From: Akkermansiaceae bacterium
Lineage (GTDB): Bacteria; Verrucomicrobiota; Verrucomicrobiia; Verrucomicrobiales; Akkermansiaceae
DNA length: 64,000 nt
Direction: 5' to 3'
Assembly (NCBI GenBank): GCA_051251915.1
Contig: JBPOGF010000005.1
Coordinates: 124,918-188,917, forward strand
Part shown: piece by piece, positions 8,255 to 17,958 of the stretch
How the letters are laid out: the number at the start of each line of letters is the position of its first letter
Numbering within the stretch: position 1 is the stretch's first letter
Position numbers and translations under genes: made by a program
Notes under the pieces: model-generated
What the model was told of the DNA's origin: nothing
What the model saw: only the letters and a program-made list of their open reading frames with translations
Databases searched by the model: none

Positions 8255-10687
8255 ATGTTAGAGAAATTATCGGTTATATTGTTGGCTTTGGTGTGCTGTC
8301 TCAGAGCGCATGAACCTCTGCTCAGTAACATTTCTCCAAGAGGGGCACAGCGGGGAACTACTGTTGAGCTTACCTGTCGGGGAGATCGGCTCAAGAGCGC
8401 TCATTCGCTCATCATGTACCAGAATGGGATCACTGCTGGGGAGCCTAAGATCATCAACCCGAAGCACGTTACTTTTCCTATCACTATTGCACCAGATGCA
8501 CCACTGGGTGAGCATAAGTTCCGGATTGCCTGTACTGATGGGACCACGGTTTTAGAGACTTTTTGGGTGGGACAGTACCCTTTAGTTAAGGAGACAAAGG
8601 AAGCTAATAACTCACCAAATGAAGCGCAAGCGATTGAGAATAACCGTACTTTAACAGGGATCACGGATAGGGAGGATGTGGACTATTATAAGCTCCATTT
8701 AAAAAAGAGCCAGACTGTCACTATCGAGGTAGAGGCGATGCGTCTGGGTAAAACATTTTTCGACCCTTTCATCGCGATTACTGATGCGAATGGATCTGAG
8801 TTGGTGTCATGTGATGACTCACACCTTCACCGTCAAGACCCTTACCTTTCCTTTACCGCATCTAAGGAAGGCGACTACTACATTCTGATCCGCGACTCGG
8901 CCTACGAGGGCGGAGGTGGTCATGTCTACCACATGCACGTGGGGGACTTTCCTAGGCCGCTGAGTATTTCCCCTTTAGGTGCTCAGCGCGGGAAGGCAGC
9001 TACATTTGTTAGTGTTCTTCTAGGCAAGTCTGAGCTGAAGCAGACGCAAACCTTTTCTGCTGAGGATGAGTTTCAGCCGCTCTATATCACCTCTGGGAAA
9101 TACAGTAGTCACACGCCATATCAGATCCGTGTGACTGACTTTGGGGCACTGACAGAAAAGGAACCTAACGATAACGTAAAACACCAAAATCAAGCCACGA
9201 CACCAACCGCTCCCATAGCATTTCACGGTACAGTGCAGCAAGATGGAGATAAAGATTGGTATAGATTTCATGCTAAGAAGGGACAGAAAGTACGTCTACA
9301 AGTCTATGCCCGTGAGCTAGGATCTCCACTCGATTCGCTTATTCAAATCCACGATGCCAAGGGCAAATACATTGCAAACAATGACGACCTTGCACAGAAC
9401 TTCCCAGATAGTAAGCTAGACTACACCGTCCCTGCTGATGGTGATTACTGGGTGGTGATGCAGGATCGACTTAAGAAAGGAACTCCTCATCATCATTATC
9501 GGATTGAGCTGACTTTGCAGTCGCCAAGCATTGATGCATCACTTGCAAACTTTAGTGACAGGGAGACTCAGAAATGGAAGGCGTTTAGTATCCCGCAGGG
9601 TAACCGTGTCGTCTATCAGGCTAATGTCAGCAAGGTCATTACCAAGGAGGATATAGAGGTGATGGCTGGCAAAATGCCAAAAGGCATCAAGCTTAGACAG
9701 ATCCGAATGATAGATAAGGATACAAAGGTTCTGCTCTATCTAGAAGCCTCAGCAGATGCTCCACTGAGGCACAGTCTGTATCCGCTGAAGGTAAGGACGC
9801 ATGATAAAAAACTTACCTCTAACATTATCTCTACAACCACTCAGATCAGGGGGCCTAACAACCAGATTTATTATTCTACCAAAGATGACCTCATCCCCAT
9901 CCAGGTTACACCTTCTGTTCAGGCGAAGGTTCATCTCATTCAACCTAAGATGGCAATCAACCAGAGTGGAATTTTACCGCTTACGATCAAGATAGAGCGA
10001 TCCAAAGGTTTTGATGAACCTGTCACTATTCTTGTCCCTTGGAAGCCAGCTGGGATCGGTTGTCCAGCTAGCATAACTATTCCAAAAGGGAAGGATACGG
10101 GCATTGTGAATTTAGCAGCTGACTCAAATGCTAAGCTTGGTAAATGGGAGTTCTGTGTCCGAGCTACTTACAATGAGAAGACAGGTGAATATCCTGGACC
10201 CGTGCATATTTCTTCTAACATCATCAACATCGAAGTAGCCAAGCCACTTCTTGCTGGCAAGCTAGCAATCGCCGCTACCGAGCAGGGTGTTGACACTGCG
10301 CTGATCTGTGACTTTGAGAAGATAGAAGGTGCTCAGAAATTTTCAGGTAAAGCCAAACTGATTGTCCAAGGTTTACCAGATGGAATCACTGCCCAAGCTG
10401 TAGAAATTACGCACGACACCAAGCAGATAGCCATCCCCGTGGTGGTTCCTGCCAATGCCCGCACAGGTAAACATGGCAACTTATTCTGTCTTGCCGTAGT
10501 TACCATCGACGGCCAAGAAATCACCCAAACCCTTGCCCAAGGCGGGACGCTTAGAGTCAATACACCTAGCAAACCAAAGGTGGCGGTGAAGACTAAAAAT
10601 GAGACTGTTAAAGCCCCTCCTGCAGAGCAAAAAGTAGTGCCTAAGAAACCACTCTCAAGGCTAGAGCAACTGCGGCAGGATCAGTGA
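8255..10687 (+). CDS. Secreted PPC (pre-peptidase C-terminal) repeat protein, typical DUF1501 partner
   Basis: Signal peptide; PRGAQRGT start; two E.(E)PN / D.D.Y.F / DP-DS repeats; begins 1 bp after the DUF1501 stop. Confidence 0.85.
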   Translation: MLEKLSVILLALVCCLRAHEPLLSNISPRGAQRGTTVELTCRGDRLKSAHSLIMYQNGITAGEPKIINPKHVTFPITIAPDAPLGEHKFRIACTDGTTVLETFWVGQYPLVKETKEANNSPNEAQAIENNRTLTGITDREDVDYYKLHLKKSQTVTIEVEAMRLGKTFFDPFIAITDANGSELVSCDDSHLHRQDPYLSFTASKEGDYYILIRDSAYEGGGGHVYHMHVGDFPRPLSISPLGAQRGKAATFVSVLLGKSELKQTQTFSAEDEFQPLYITSGKYSSHTPYQIRVTDFGALTEKEPNDNVKHQNQATTPTAPIAFHGTVQQDGDKDWYRFHAKKGQKVRLQVYARELGSPLDSLIQIHDAKGKYIANNDDLAQNFPDSKLDYTVPADGDYWVVMQDRLKKGTPHHHYRIELTLQSPSIDASLANFSDRETQKWKAFSIPQGNRVVYQANVSKVITKEDIEVMAGKMPKGIKLRQIRMIDKDTKVLLYLEASADAPLRHSLYPLKVRTHDKKLTSNIISTTTQIRGPNNQIYYSTKDDLIPIQVTPSVQAKVHLIQPKMAINQSGILPLTIKIERSKGFDEPVTILVPWKPAGIGCPASITIPKGKDTGIVNLAADSNAKLGKWEFCVRATYNEKTGEYPGPVHISSNIINIEVAKPLLAGKLAIAATEQGVDTALICDFEKIEGAQKFSGKAKLIVQGLPDGITAQAVEITHDTKQIAIPVVVPANARTGKHGNLFCLAVVTIDGQEITQTLAQGGTLRVNTPSKPKVAVKTKNETVKAPPAEQKVVPKKPLSRLEQLRQDQ

Positions 10688-10809
10688 TATGGTTTTTTCA
10701 AGAACCTCGAATACATCTCTGCCAAAGCTAAACTTAATGCAGAGTGGTATTAATATTCCACGGTCAAAAACTTACTCCTATCCACAAGCTCTTAACACAT
10801 ATTTACTTC

Positions 10810-13800
10810 ATGAAATACATTACGATTTTTTCCATCTTCCTGCTTATTTTGCCATACATGCGAGCAGTTGCTGAACCTGACTTTGTGCCGGTGGGTGGTG
10901 GGGCTCTTGATCCTGCGGCTTTTGCTCAATGGGTGGATGGGGAGGAAATAATCATTGATGAAGGAGCGGCTAAAGACGGGCCTTATTCTGTTGTTTGGAC
11001 TAAGGGAAAGAAACCGGATTGGCGGGGGGTGAAGTTTGGAGAAGGGTTGGCTGGTGGAGAGCGGCATCTTCGGATTGGTTTTAAGAAAAGTACCAAGGTT
11101 GGTAGTGTGATGGTTAGGGGTGGGGGGGCACTGAGTGTGTTGAAGCCGGGAGCTTCTTATCCTGGGGATTTGGGGGATGATTCGCAATGGATGGCGGCGG
11201 AGCGTTTGGTTGATGGTCGGGTGTCGCAGAAGGAGGTGGATCGTGAGGAATATGCGATTTGGGTTTTGCCTGCGGGAACAAAAACAAAGGCTTTGCGGTT
11301 TAGCCATTCACCTTCTCTAAGTAGTCCTGAGATGGTGGGGTGGCTTGGTGGTGTGTGGATGCATGAGGAGAGACTGGGGAATGTGGCTCCGCAGGCGTTG
11401 GTACGATCTAGTGCACGGGATGATGTCAGTGCAAAATTGGTGGATGCACAGAACGGTAATGATTTGGACACTTGGGACAATGGTGAGCAGGGTGCAGAGC
11501 TCGTGGTATCTCCGGATGATCCTGAGATCGTCACGTTAACTTGGTCAAAGCCGGTGGATCTAAATGGTATTTGTTTGTTATGGACGGGTTTTTCAGCGGT
11601 AGAAGTCGAGGCATTTACCGGTAATCCGGAAGAAGTTGTTAGAGAGGCGGCGGATTCTCGTTGGCGGCGGGTTGGTAGTCGGAGTGGCATGGATGCGCTT
11701 TATCCTCTCCCACTGGGAACCAATTGGATTCCTTTCGAAAAACCGGTCAGGACACGAGCGGTGAGGTTGCGTATTATTGATAGCCTAAAGCCGCAGCATG
11801 ATCACTTGAAACACCGGGTCAAAGATGGTCGCCGTGTGTGGCTGGGTGAACTGATGGCAATGACGTCGCTGGGTGACCGTGATGCGCTCACGAGTATTGT
11901 GTTGCCTAAGCAGAGCGAAGAGCCACCGCCGATACCGATCAGGTTTACGCTTCCCGAGGCTGGTGTGGTGACATTGGTGATAGAGGATGAAAACAATCAG
12001 CGGGTGCGAAATCTTGTGAGTGAGACTCCCTTTCCTGCGGGCGAAAATACGGTTTGGTGGGATGGTAGTGATGATCTGTTACGCGATCCGGAGGCCGCTA
12101 AGCATGGGGTCTATCATCTTCCTTCTCGGTTGGTGGAGCCGGGGGACTATCAAGTGCGTGGGCTGTGGCATAAGCCACTGAAGCTGCATTATGAGTTTAG
12201 TATTTATAACGCTGGGAAGCCAGCTTGGGACACTGCTGACAAGACGGGGGGGTGGCTGACTACGCACACGCCGCCGACTAGTATGGCGGTGGTTCCAGGA
12301 GAGCGCACACGCGATGGCAAGCCGCTCATTTTCATGGGGGCATTTATCGCTGAGGGTGGGCATGGCTTGCAGTGGTTGGATGAAGATGGGACGAAGCTCG
12401 GTGGGCAGCATTGGGTAGGTGGGCACTGGACGGGTGCGCCGACGTTGGCCGTGGATCTTGGTAAAGACGCGAACTTGGAGCATCTTTGTTACGTCGGTTC
12501 TGTCTGGGAAGGTGAGCTGCGGTTAACGGCAAAAACACGTGATTTAAATGACGCGCCTGTTTTCAAGTTGAAACTTGGCGATGATCCCTCTGGAAATAAG
12601 TTGGAGGCATCTGAGGTGCTGCGGGATTTCGATGGTGGGGATAAAATGTATGTTCTTGGTGGGATAGCGGCCCATGATGGGATGCTGGTTTGTTCTATGG
12701 TGAGGCAGGATGAATTGCTGGTTGTTGACATCAAGCAGGGCAAGATTACGAACAAGATCAAGCTGGTTGATCCACGTGGGGTTCGCTTTGATCGGGAGGG
12801 GCGATTGCTTGCTCTGAGTGGTAAGAAGCTGGTTCGCTTTGAGACCCTGAGTAGTGCTCCTAAAGCAGTGATTACTGATGGGCTGAGCGATCCTCGACAT
12901 GTGGTGGTTTATAGTAATGATTATTTTCTGATCACTGATCGGGCAGATTCGCATCAGGTTAAGGTTTTTTCTCCGAGTGGTAAACGGGTCGGTGTGATAG
13001 GGAAACCTGGGGTTCCGGATACGGGGCTTTATGATCCGTTGCATATGAATAATCCTAACGGCTTGGCGGTAGACACTCAGGGGAAAATTTGGGTGGCAGA
13101 GTGTGATGAGCATCCTCGGCGTGTCTCGGTCTGGACGGACAAGGGTAAGCTTTTTAAGGCGTATTATGGGCCGACTGAATATGGTGGTGGCGGGGTGCTG
13201 GATCCGCAGGATAAAACTCGATTTTTCTATAATGGAATGGAGTTCAAACTCGACTGGAAGACGGGCACGGACAAGTTGGTGCGTGTGTTTCATCGGCCTG
13301 AGCCATCATTGATGGCGCACTATGGGCCTTACTCGCCTGACACTCCGCTTTATCCGGCTGCGCGGAAGAATAGCCGCTACTTTACTAGCTGTTATACGCA
13401 CAGCCCTACTAGTGGTGATGACGCGGTGTTCATTTGGGAAGATGCGGCCAAGGAGGCAAAGCTGGTTGCTGGCTTTGGTAAAGCAAACTCTTGGTCAGTG
13501 TTAAGGCAGGAGGAGTTTCTCAAGTATTGGCCAGAAGGAACTAGGCCGCATGAGGAACATCCTGCACGGGAGCATTCATGTGCGTTTAGCTGGACTGATG
13601 CGAATGATGACGGGGTTCCGCAGCCCAAGGAGGTAGAGTTTCTGAAGGCATACTGTAGTGGAGTTACGGTGATGAATGATCTGTCGGTGGTCGTTTCTCG
13701 GTTTAACGATCGGAATGTTAGATTTGCGGCGGCGTTTAATCATGCTGGATTGCCGAGCTATGTGATAACAAAGCCTGAAGACCTTGGTGTTGCGGGGGGA

Positions 13801-15126
13801 AATCCTCCTTCTAGTGGTGGTAACCAATCACTCACTGAACTAGGTGGATGGACGATTCATACCAATGCATCTGAGCCATTTTCTGCTTATGGACTGGGCG
13901 GGACATTTAAGGGTGAAGCTCGTTGGAGCTATCCTAGTGTTTGGCCTGGGTTGCATGCGAGTCATGAAGCGGCGGTGCCGGATCGGCCAGGTATGATGGT
14001 GGGCCACACGCGGTTGCTTGGTGGGTGGATACAAGGTAAGGCTGGACCGATGTTTTGTGTGAACGGTAATATGGGAAACATGTATCTGATCACAGCAGAC
14101 GGGATGTTTGTCAGTACTTTGTTTAACGACGTTCGGCTAAGGCCGAAGTGGGCTCCACCAGTGGCTGTTAGGAATATGGATGTGACTGATGTTTCGCTCC
14201 ATGATGAAAACTTTTGGCCGAGTATTACTCAGACGTCGGACGGGAAGGTTTTTCTAATGAATGGAGGCCGGTCGAGTCTTGTGCGTTTGGATGGGCTGGA
14301 AACGCTCAAGCGACTGCCGGAGCAACGCATCACGGTTACCGCTGATAGTCTAGAGCTAGCCCGAAACTGGTTCAAGCAGAGCGAAGAGCGCCGTCAGCAG
14401 GAACGAGGTAGTGGCACGCTGAATGTGCCATTTCGTGAGGAGGCTCCCCAAGTAGATGGCAGCTTGAGTGACTGGCCACAAAACACTGACTGGGCTGACA
14501 TCGACCGTCGTGGAGTAAGGGCTAATTTTGACAGCGACAGCCGTCCGTATGAAGTTAGTGCAGCGGTGGCATTGTCACGAACACACCTTTATGCAGCTTG
14601 GCGCACGACGGAGAAAGGACTGCTTAACAATACAGGCGAAACACCTAACGCGCCTTTCAAGCATGGAGGTTGTCTTGACTTGATGCTGGCAACGGACCCT
14701 TCTGCTGAGGCGGATAGGAACGCGCCTGTGGCTGGAGACCAACGATTACTCATTACACAGGTGAAAGGTAAAACGCTTGCGCTGCTGTATCGGGCTAAAG
14801 TTCCAGGGACGAAAGAGCCGATCGCATTTAGCAGTCCGTGGCGTACTATACCGATCGATGTGATTGAGGACGTTAGTGAAGAGGTTATGCTCTCTACGGA
14901 CAAAAATGGAAACTACGAGATTAGCGTTCCTCTGAGCTCACTTCATTGGCGTCCTAAACTGGGTGAAAGCTATCGGGCTGACATTGGCATACTACGTGGG
15001 TCAAACGGTCAGACGACTCAGCGGGTTTATTGGACCAACAAGGCAACAGCGATCACGGCGGATATCCCGAGTGAGGTAGAACTCACGCCGAAGCTCTGGG
15101 GTAAATGGAAGGTAGAAAGGCGTTAA
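10810..15126 (+). CDS. Large secreted protein: FlgD-like Ig domain, NHL-type beta-propeller, C-terminal CBM9/DOMON-like domain
   Basis: Signal peptide at MKYITIF; VTLVIED...VRNL...AGEN.VWWDG; DPRGV/NNPNGLAVD NHL repeats; PQVDGSLSDW and YEISVPLSSL. Confidence 0.75.
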   Translation: MKYITIFSIFLLILPYMRAVAEPDFVPVGGGALDPAAFAQWVDGEEIIIDEGAAKDGPYSVVWTKGKKPDWRGVKFGEGLAGGERHLRIGFKKSTKVGSVMVRGGGALSVLKPGASYPGDLGDDSQWMAAERLVDGRVSQKEVDREEYAIWVLPAGTKTKALRFSHSPSLSSPEMVGWLGGVWMHEERLGNVAPQALVRSSARDDVSAKLVDAQNGNDLDTWDNGEQGAELVVSPDDPEIVTLTWSKPVDLNGICLLWTGFSAVEVEAFTGNPEEVVREAADSRWRRVGSRSGMDALYPLPLGTNWIPFEKPVRTRAVRLRIIDSLKPQHDHLKHRVKDGRRVWLGELMAMTSLGDRDALTSIVLPKQSEEPPPIPIRFTLPEAGVVTLVIEDENNQRVRNLVSETPFPAGENTVWWDGSDDLLRDPEAAKHGVYHLPSRLVEPGDYQVRGLWHKPLKLHYEFSIYNAGKPAWDTADKTGGWLTTHTPPTSMAVVPGERTRDGKPLIFMGAFIAEGGHGLQWLDEDGTKLGGQHWVGGHWTGAPTLAVDLGKDANLEHLCYVGSVWEGELRLTAKTRDLNDAPVFKLKLGDDPSGNKLEASEVLRDFDGGDKMYVLGGIAAHDGMLVCSMVRQDELLVVDIKQGKITNKIKLVDPRGVRFDREGRLLALSGKKLVRFETLSSAPKAVITDGLSDPRHVVVYSNDYFLITDRADSHQVKVFSPSGKRVGVIGKPGVPDTGLYDPLHMNNPNGLAVDTQGKIWVAECDEHPRRVSVWTDKGKLFKAYYGPTEYGGGGVLDPQDKTRFFYNGMEFKLDWKTGTDKLVRVFHRPEPSLMAHYGPYSPDTPLYPAARKNSRYFTSCYTHSPTSGDDAVFIWEDAAKEAKLVAGFGKANSWSVLRQEEFLKYWPEGTRPHEEHPAREHSCAFSWTDANDDGVPQPKEVEFLKAYCSGVTVMNDLSVVVSRFNDRNVRFAAAFNHAGLPSYVITKPEDLGVAGGNPPSSGGNQSLTELGGWTIHTNASEPFSAYGLGGTFKGEARWSYPSVWPGLHASHEAAVPDRPGMMVGHTRLLGGWIQGKAGPMFCVNGNMGNMYLITADGMFVSTLFNDVRLRPKWAPPVAVRNMDVTDVSLHDENFWPSITQTSDGKVFLMNGGRSSLVRLDGLETLKRLPEQRITVTADSLELARNWFKQSEERRQQERGSGTLNVPFREEAPQVDGSLSDWPQNTDWADIDRRGVRANFDSDSRPYEVSAAVALSRTHLYAAWRTTEKGLLNNTGETPNAPFKHGGCLDLMLATDPSAEADRNAPVAGDQRLLITQVKGKTLALLYRAKVPGTKEPIAFSSPWRTIPIDVIEDVSEEVMLSTDKNGNYEISVPLSSLHWRPKLGESYRADIGILRGSNGQTTQRVYWTNKATAITADIPSEVELTPKLWGKWKVERR

Positions 15127-15384
15127 TACGATTATAAAGTCTGAAGAGTTTCATCTGGGCAATAAGGTGCATTTTGCATTGTATAAATTTTGCTTCGATT
15201 TTTCCGCGGGATCAGTCGAGTGTACCGAGGTGGGATCATGTAATTCAATATTTTAGCGGGCTTGTGGGTTATTCCTTGTGCTTATTTAGATCGATGTAGT
15301 AGATTGTGTTCATGATGAGTTAAGGTTATATTATTACAGATAATATACTTGAAGGTCTATATCTCCCGAAAACCCACATTTAAG

Positions 15385-15933
15385 ATGAAAAAAACACTAC
15401 TAACAGGAATCATTATATCGGTCACAACAGTTCTAGCTCAAGCTACTATAACAGTAGTTGATACGCCTGATGGCCTCACCATTAACCCATCGCACGCAGG
15501 TAGCGATATCGTTGCATTAGCTGACAGTGGAGGGCAGTTGGTCATAGGAATCGCATCCGGAGCCGCCAACTTTGGGGGTGATACTGGAGCGGGTATTGTG
15601 TTTACGGATGGTAGTACAGACCTCAATCCGGCAGTGGTGGTGCCTGCACCAGTGTATCAGACTGGAGGCATTTTTCAAGATGGGGCGGATCTGGGATTGA
15701 ATTATGTGAGATTAGATATGAATCAGAACGGAACCTATGAAGCAGTAGTAGAGTTTACGACAGGAACTATTAATGCCTTCTCTGATGATGTTATAACGCG
15801 GTATGCGTATGACTCTAATGATGCTAATCTTTCCATTCCTGATGCGGTAGCTGCTTTTGCTGTGCCTGAGCCGTCTTCGGTTTTGCTACTGGGGTTAAGT
15901 GGTGTTGGGTTTGTTTTCAGGAGGCGTAAATAA
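15385..15933 (+). CDS. PEP-CTERM sorting domain protein
   Basis: Signal peptide MKKTLL...AQA; C-terminal VPEPSSVLLLGLSGVGFVFRRRK. Confidence 0.95.
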   Translation: MKKTLLTGIIISVTTVLAQATITVVDTPDGLTINPSHAGSDIVALADSGGQLVIGIASGAANFGGDTGAGIVFTDGSTDLNPAVVVPAPVYQTGGIFQDGADLGLNYVRLDMNQNGTYEAVVEFTTGTINAFSDDVITRYAYDSNDANLSIPDAVAAFAVPEPSSVLLLGLSGVGFVFRRRK

Positions 15934-16148
15934 CTCTGATGAGAGCCTTAAAGAGGGCTTTGTTGAGCGGTCATTTGTAAAGCAAGGCTTGCTTACATGA
16001 TGCTGTAGGTGCTAATTTTTTTACAAGTTAGATGTTGGATGGGTCTTTCCTGCTTTGTATTTGAAATACGGCTTACGATAATTATAAGACCATCTTATTC
16101 ATTAACTACGACATGGCTTAGAATGTGCTGTAACTTTAGAATCTAAAT

Positions 16149-17222
16149 ATGACAAAATTAATCAAACTTATCAGTGTGTTGGCTCTCTCTACGATGGGCA
16201 CAAGTTTTGGGCTCGAACCTGGCGACAAAATTGCTATTGATGGCATCCAAAAGGCGGATTTTCTTAAGGGTGAAAGTTCTAAGGAATGGGAACCTGGGAA
16301 GCTCTATATTATGGAGTGCTGGGCGACGTGGTGTGGACCTTGCATAGCGGCGATTCCTCACATGGATGCGCTTTATGATAAGTATGAGGAGAAGGGTCTC
16401 AGAGTGGTGGGGATGAATGTGTGGGATGAGAAAGCGGGGCGTGAGAAGGCTGATAAATTTGTCAAAGGGAAGGGTGACGGAATGTCATATCCGGTGGCCT
16501 ATGTGGACAGTGAGAGTGTGTTTCAGAAGGACTGGCTTGATGCGGGTGGGGTAGAGATGATTCCGCATACTTTTGTGGTGAGAGATGGTGTTCTTTTGTT
16601 TGAGGCTCATCCTATGGAGTTGACGGATGAACGGATTCAGTCGTTGTTAGCTGGTGGTGAGGAGTCTGATAAGTTGGTGGCTGAGTATAGGCGTGTGGCG
16701 CAAGCTGAAGTGGATATGAAATTGCGTGCGGCGGAGTTCGCAACAGCACTTAAGGCTGGTGACAAGGAGGCGATGAAAACAGCTCTTGATGCGGCGGTGA
16801 ACTTACGTATTGAATCTTATGATCTCGAGAGAATGCAGCTTGAGTATGCTCTTGCAGTAGAAGACTGGGCGATGGTAGCGGAGGCTCTTGATGGAGATGG
16901 TAATACTATCATGACCGTTGTGAGACGTTTAGAATTTAGGGAGGGTGTTCCAGAAGATCTGCTGAATAAAGTGATAGAGACGCTGCAGGGACAGCGACTG
17001 ATGCATGGCTATACGTATGCCATGATAGCGACGTATAAATGGAAGCTGGGAGATAAAGAAGGCGCTCAAGAAGCTGCTCAGCAGGGGGTGGAGAAGATCA
17101 AGACTGGGAACTTTTCTGTAGAGCCATTTGAGCAGTTTGCAGCTAAGATGGTGGAAGGTAAGCCTATGTCGCTCAGTGGCCTCTCACAAGCTATGCGGAA
17201 TGCTAGCGCAAAGAAGAAGTAG
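16149..17222 (+). CDS. TlpA/ResA-like thiol-disulfide oxidoreductase with helical C-terminal extension
   Basis: WATWCGPC active site, signal peptide, cis-Pro IPHTFVV. Confidence 0.88.
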   Translation: MTKLIKLISVLALSTMGTSFGLEPGDKIAIDGIQKADFLKGESSKEWEPGKLYIMECWATWCGPCIAAIPHMDALYDKYEEKGLRVVGMNVWDEKAGREKADKFVKGKGDGMSYPVAYVDSESVFQKDWLDAGGVEMIPHTFVVRDGVLLFEAHPMELTDERIQSLLAGGEESDKLVAEYRRVAQAEVDMKLRAAEFATALKAGDKEAMKTALDAAVNLRIESYDLERMQLEYALAVEDWAMVAEALDGDGNTIMTVVRRLEFREGVPEDLLNKVIETLQGQRLMHGYTYAMIATYKWKLGDKEGAQEAAQQGVEKIKTGNFSVEPFEQFAAKMVEGKPMSLSGLSQAMRNASAKKK

Positions 17223-17317
17223 CAGTTTAGATGGAGGTGTTTCTTTGCTGCCGCGGACAAGATTTGCGATTATTTTAATTTTAAGCCCATTTTGGGCCAT
17301 AGAATTTCTGTAAGAAT

Positions 17318-17707
17318 ATGACGAAAATACGGCTTATCTTGCAATGTGGGTTGCTGGTGCTCTGCACGGGTTGTTCTGACCCGAATCCCGCGGCTCCTGA
17401 GGATTCGCTGCGTAAGATTGAGTTTGATCTGGATGGGATCGATGAGGACGGCCTACGCGGTCCTCCGGGAGGCAAGACTTCGGTGTCATATGAGTTTGCG
17501 ATTCCGAATACCGAGAAGTGCAAAGAAGAAGTTCGAAGGATCGACTCGACAATTGAGTTCATGTCGGGATCGAGAGGACGGGTTCAAGCTGAGGAGGGTG
17601 AGAGCCTGTGCATTGGCTCGACTCATCAAGCGAATTACCAAGATGTCTTACAAAGACTGAGTGAATTGTCCTATGTAAAGCGGATTATAGAATGTCACTT
17701 CGAATAA
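17318..17707 (+). CDS. Hypothetical lipoprotein
   Basis: LCTGC lipobox; DEDGLRGPPGG..SVSYEFAIP and GS.GRV motifs look conserved. Confidence 0.65.
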   Translation: MTKIRLILQCGLLVLCTGCSDPNPAAPEDSLRKIEFDLDGIDEDGLRGPPGGKTSVSYEFAIPNTEKCKEEVRRIDSTIEFMSGSRGRVQAEEGESLCIGSTHQANYQDVLQRLSELSYVKRIIECHFE

Positions 17708-17958
17708 ATATACTTCTTGCTCGATGAAGTAGGGAAGTGGTGGTTGGGCTTGGTGTGTCACCTTATGGGTTATGGTTTTGAGTCTGGTGGATTATTCCCT
17801 GTGAAGGTCTAGTCCGATGTTGTATGTATTTCATGATGAGTTTGGGTTCTGGTATTCCTAGCCATAGGGTTGATTGGTTTTGGTGCACCTTTGTTAGATA
17901 GCAGACTCAAGGAAACCTTAAGCTCAATACAATACTAGCCCTTTCACTATAAAACGCG

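Noticed and set aside
12544..13293. 249-aa antisense ORF and the many similar shadow ORFs in the track
   Set aside because: They lie opposite or within well-supported genes, have no motifs, and are expected from the strong strand skew.
17708..17950. Possible decayed gene on the minus strand
   Set aside because: Only short interrupted frames with no recognisable motif.
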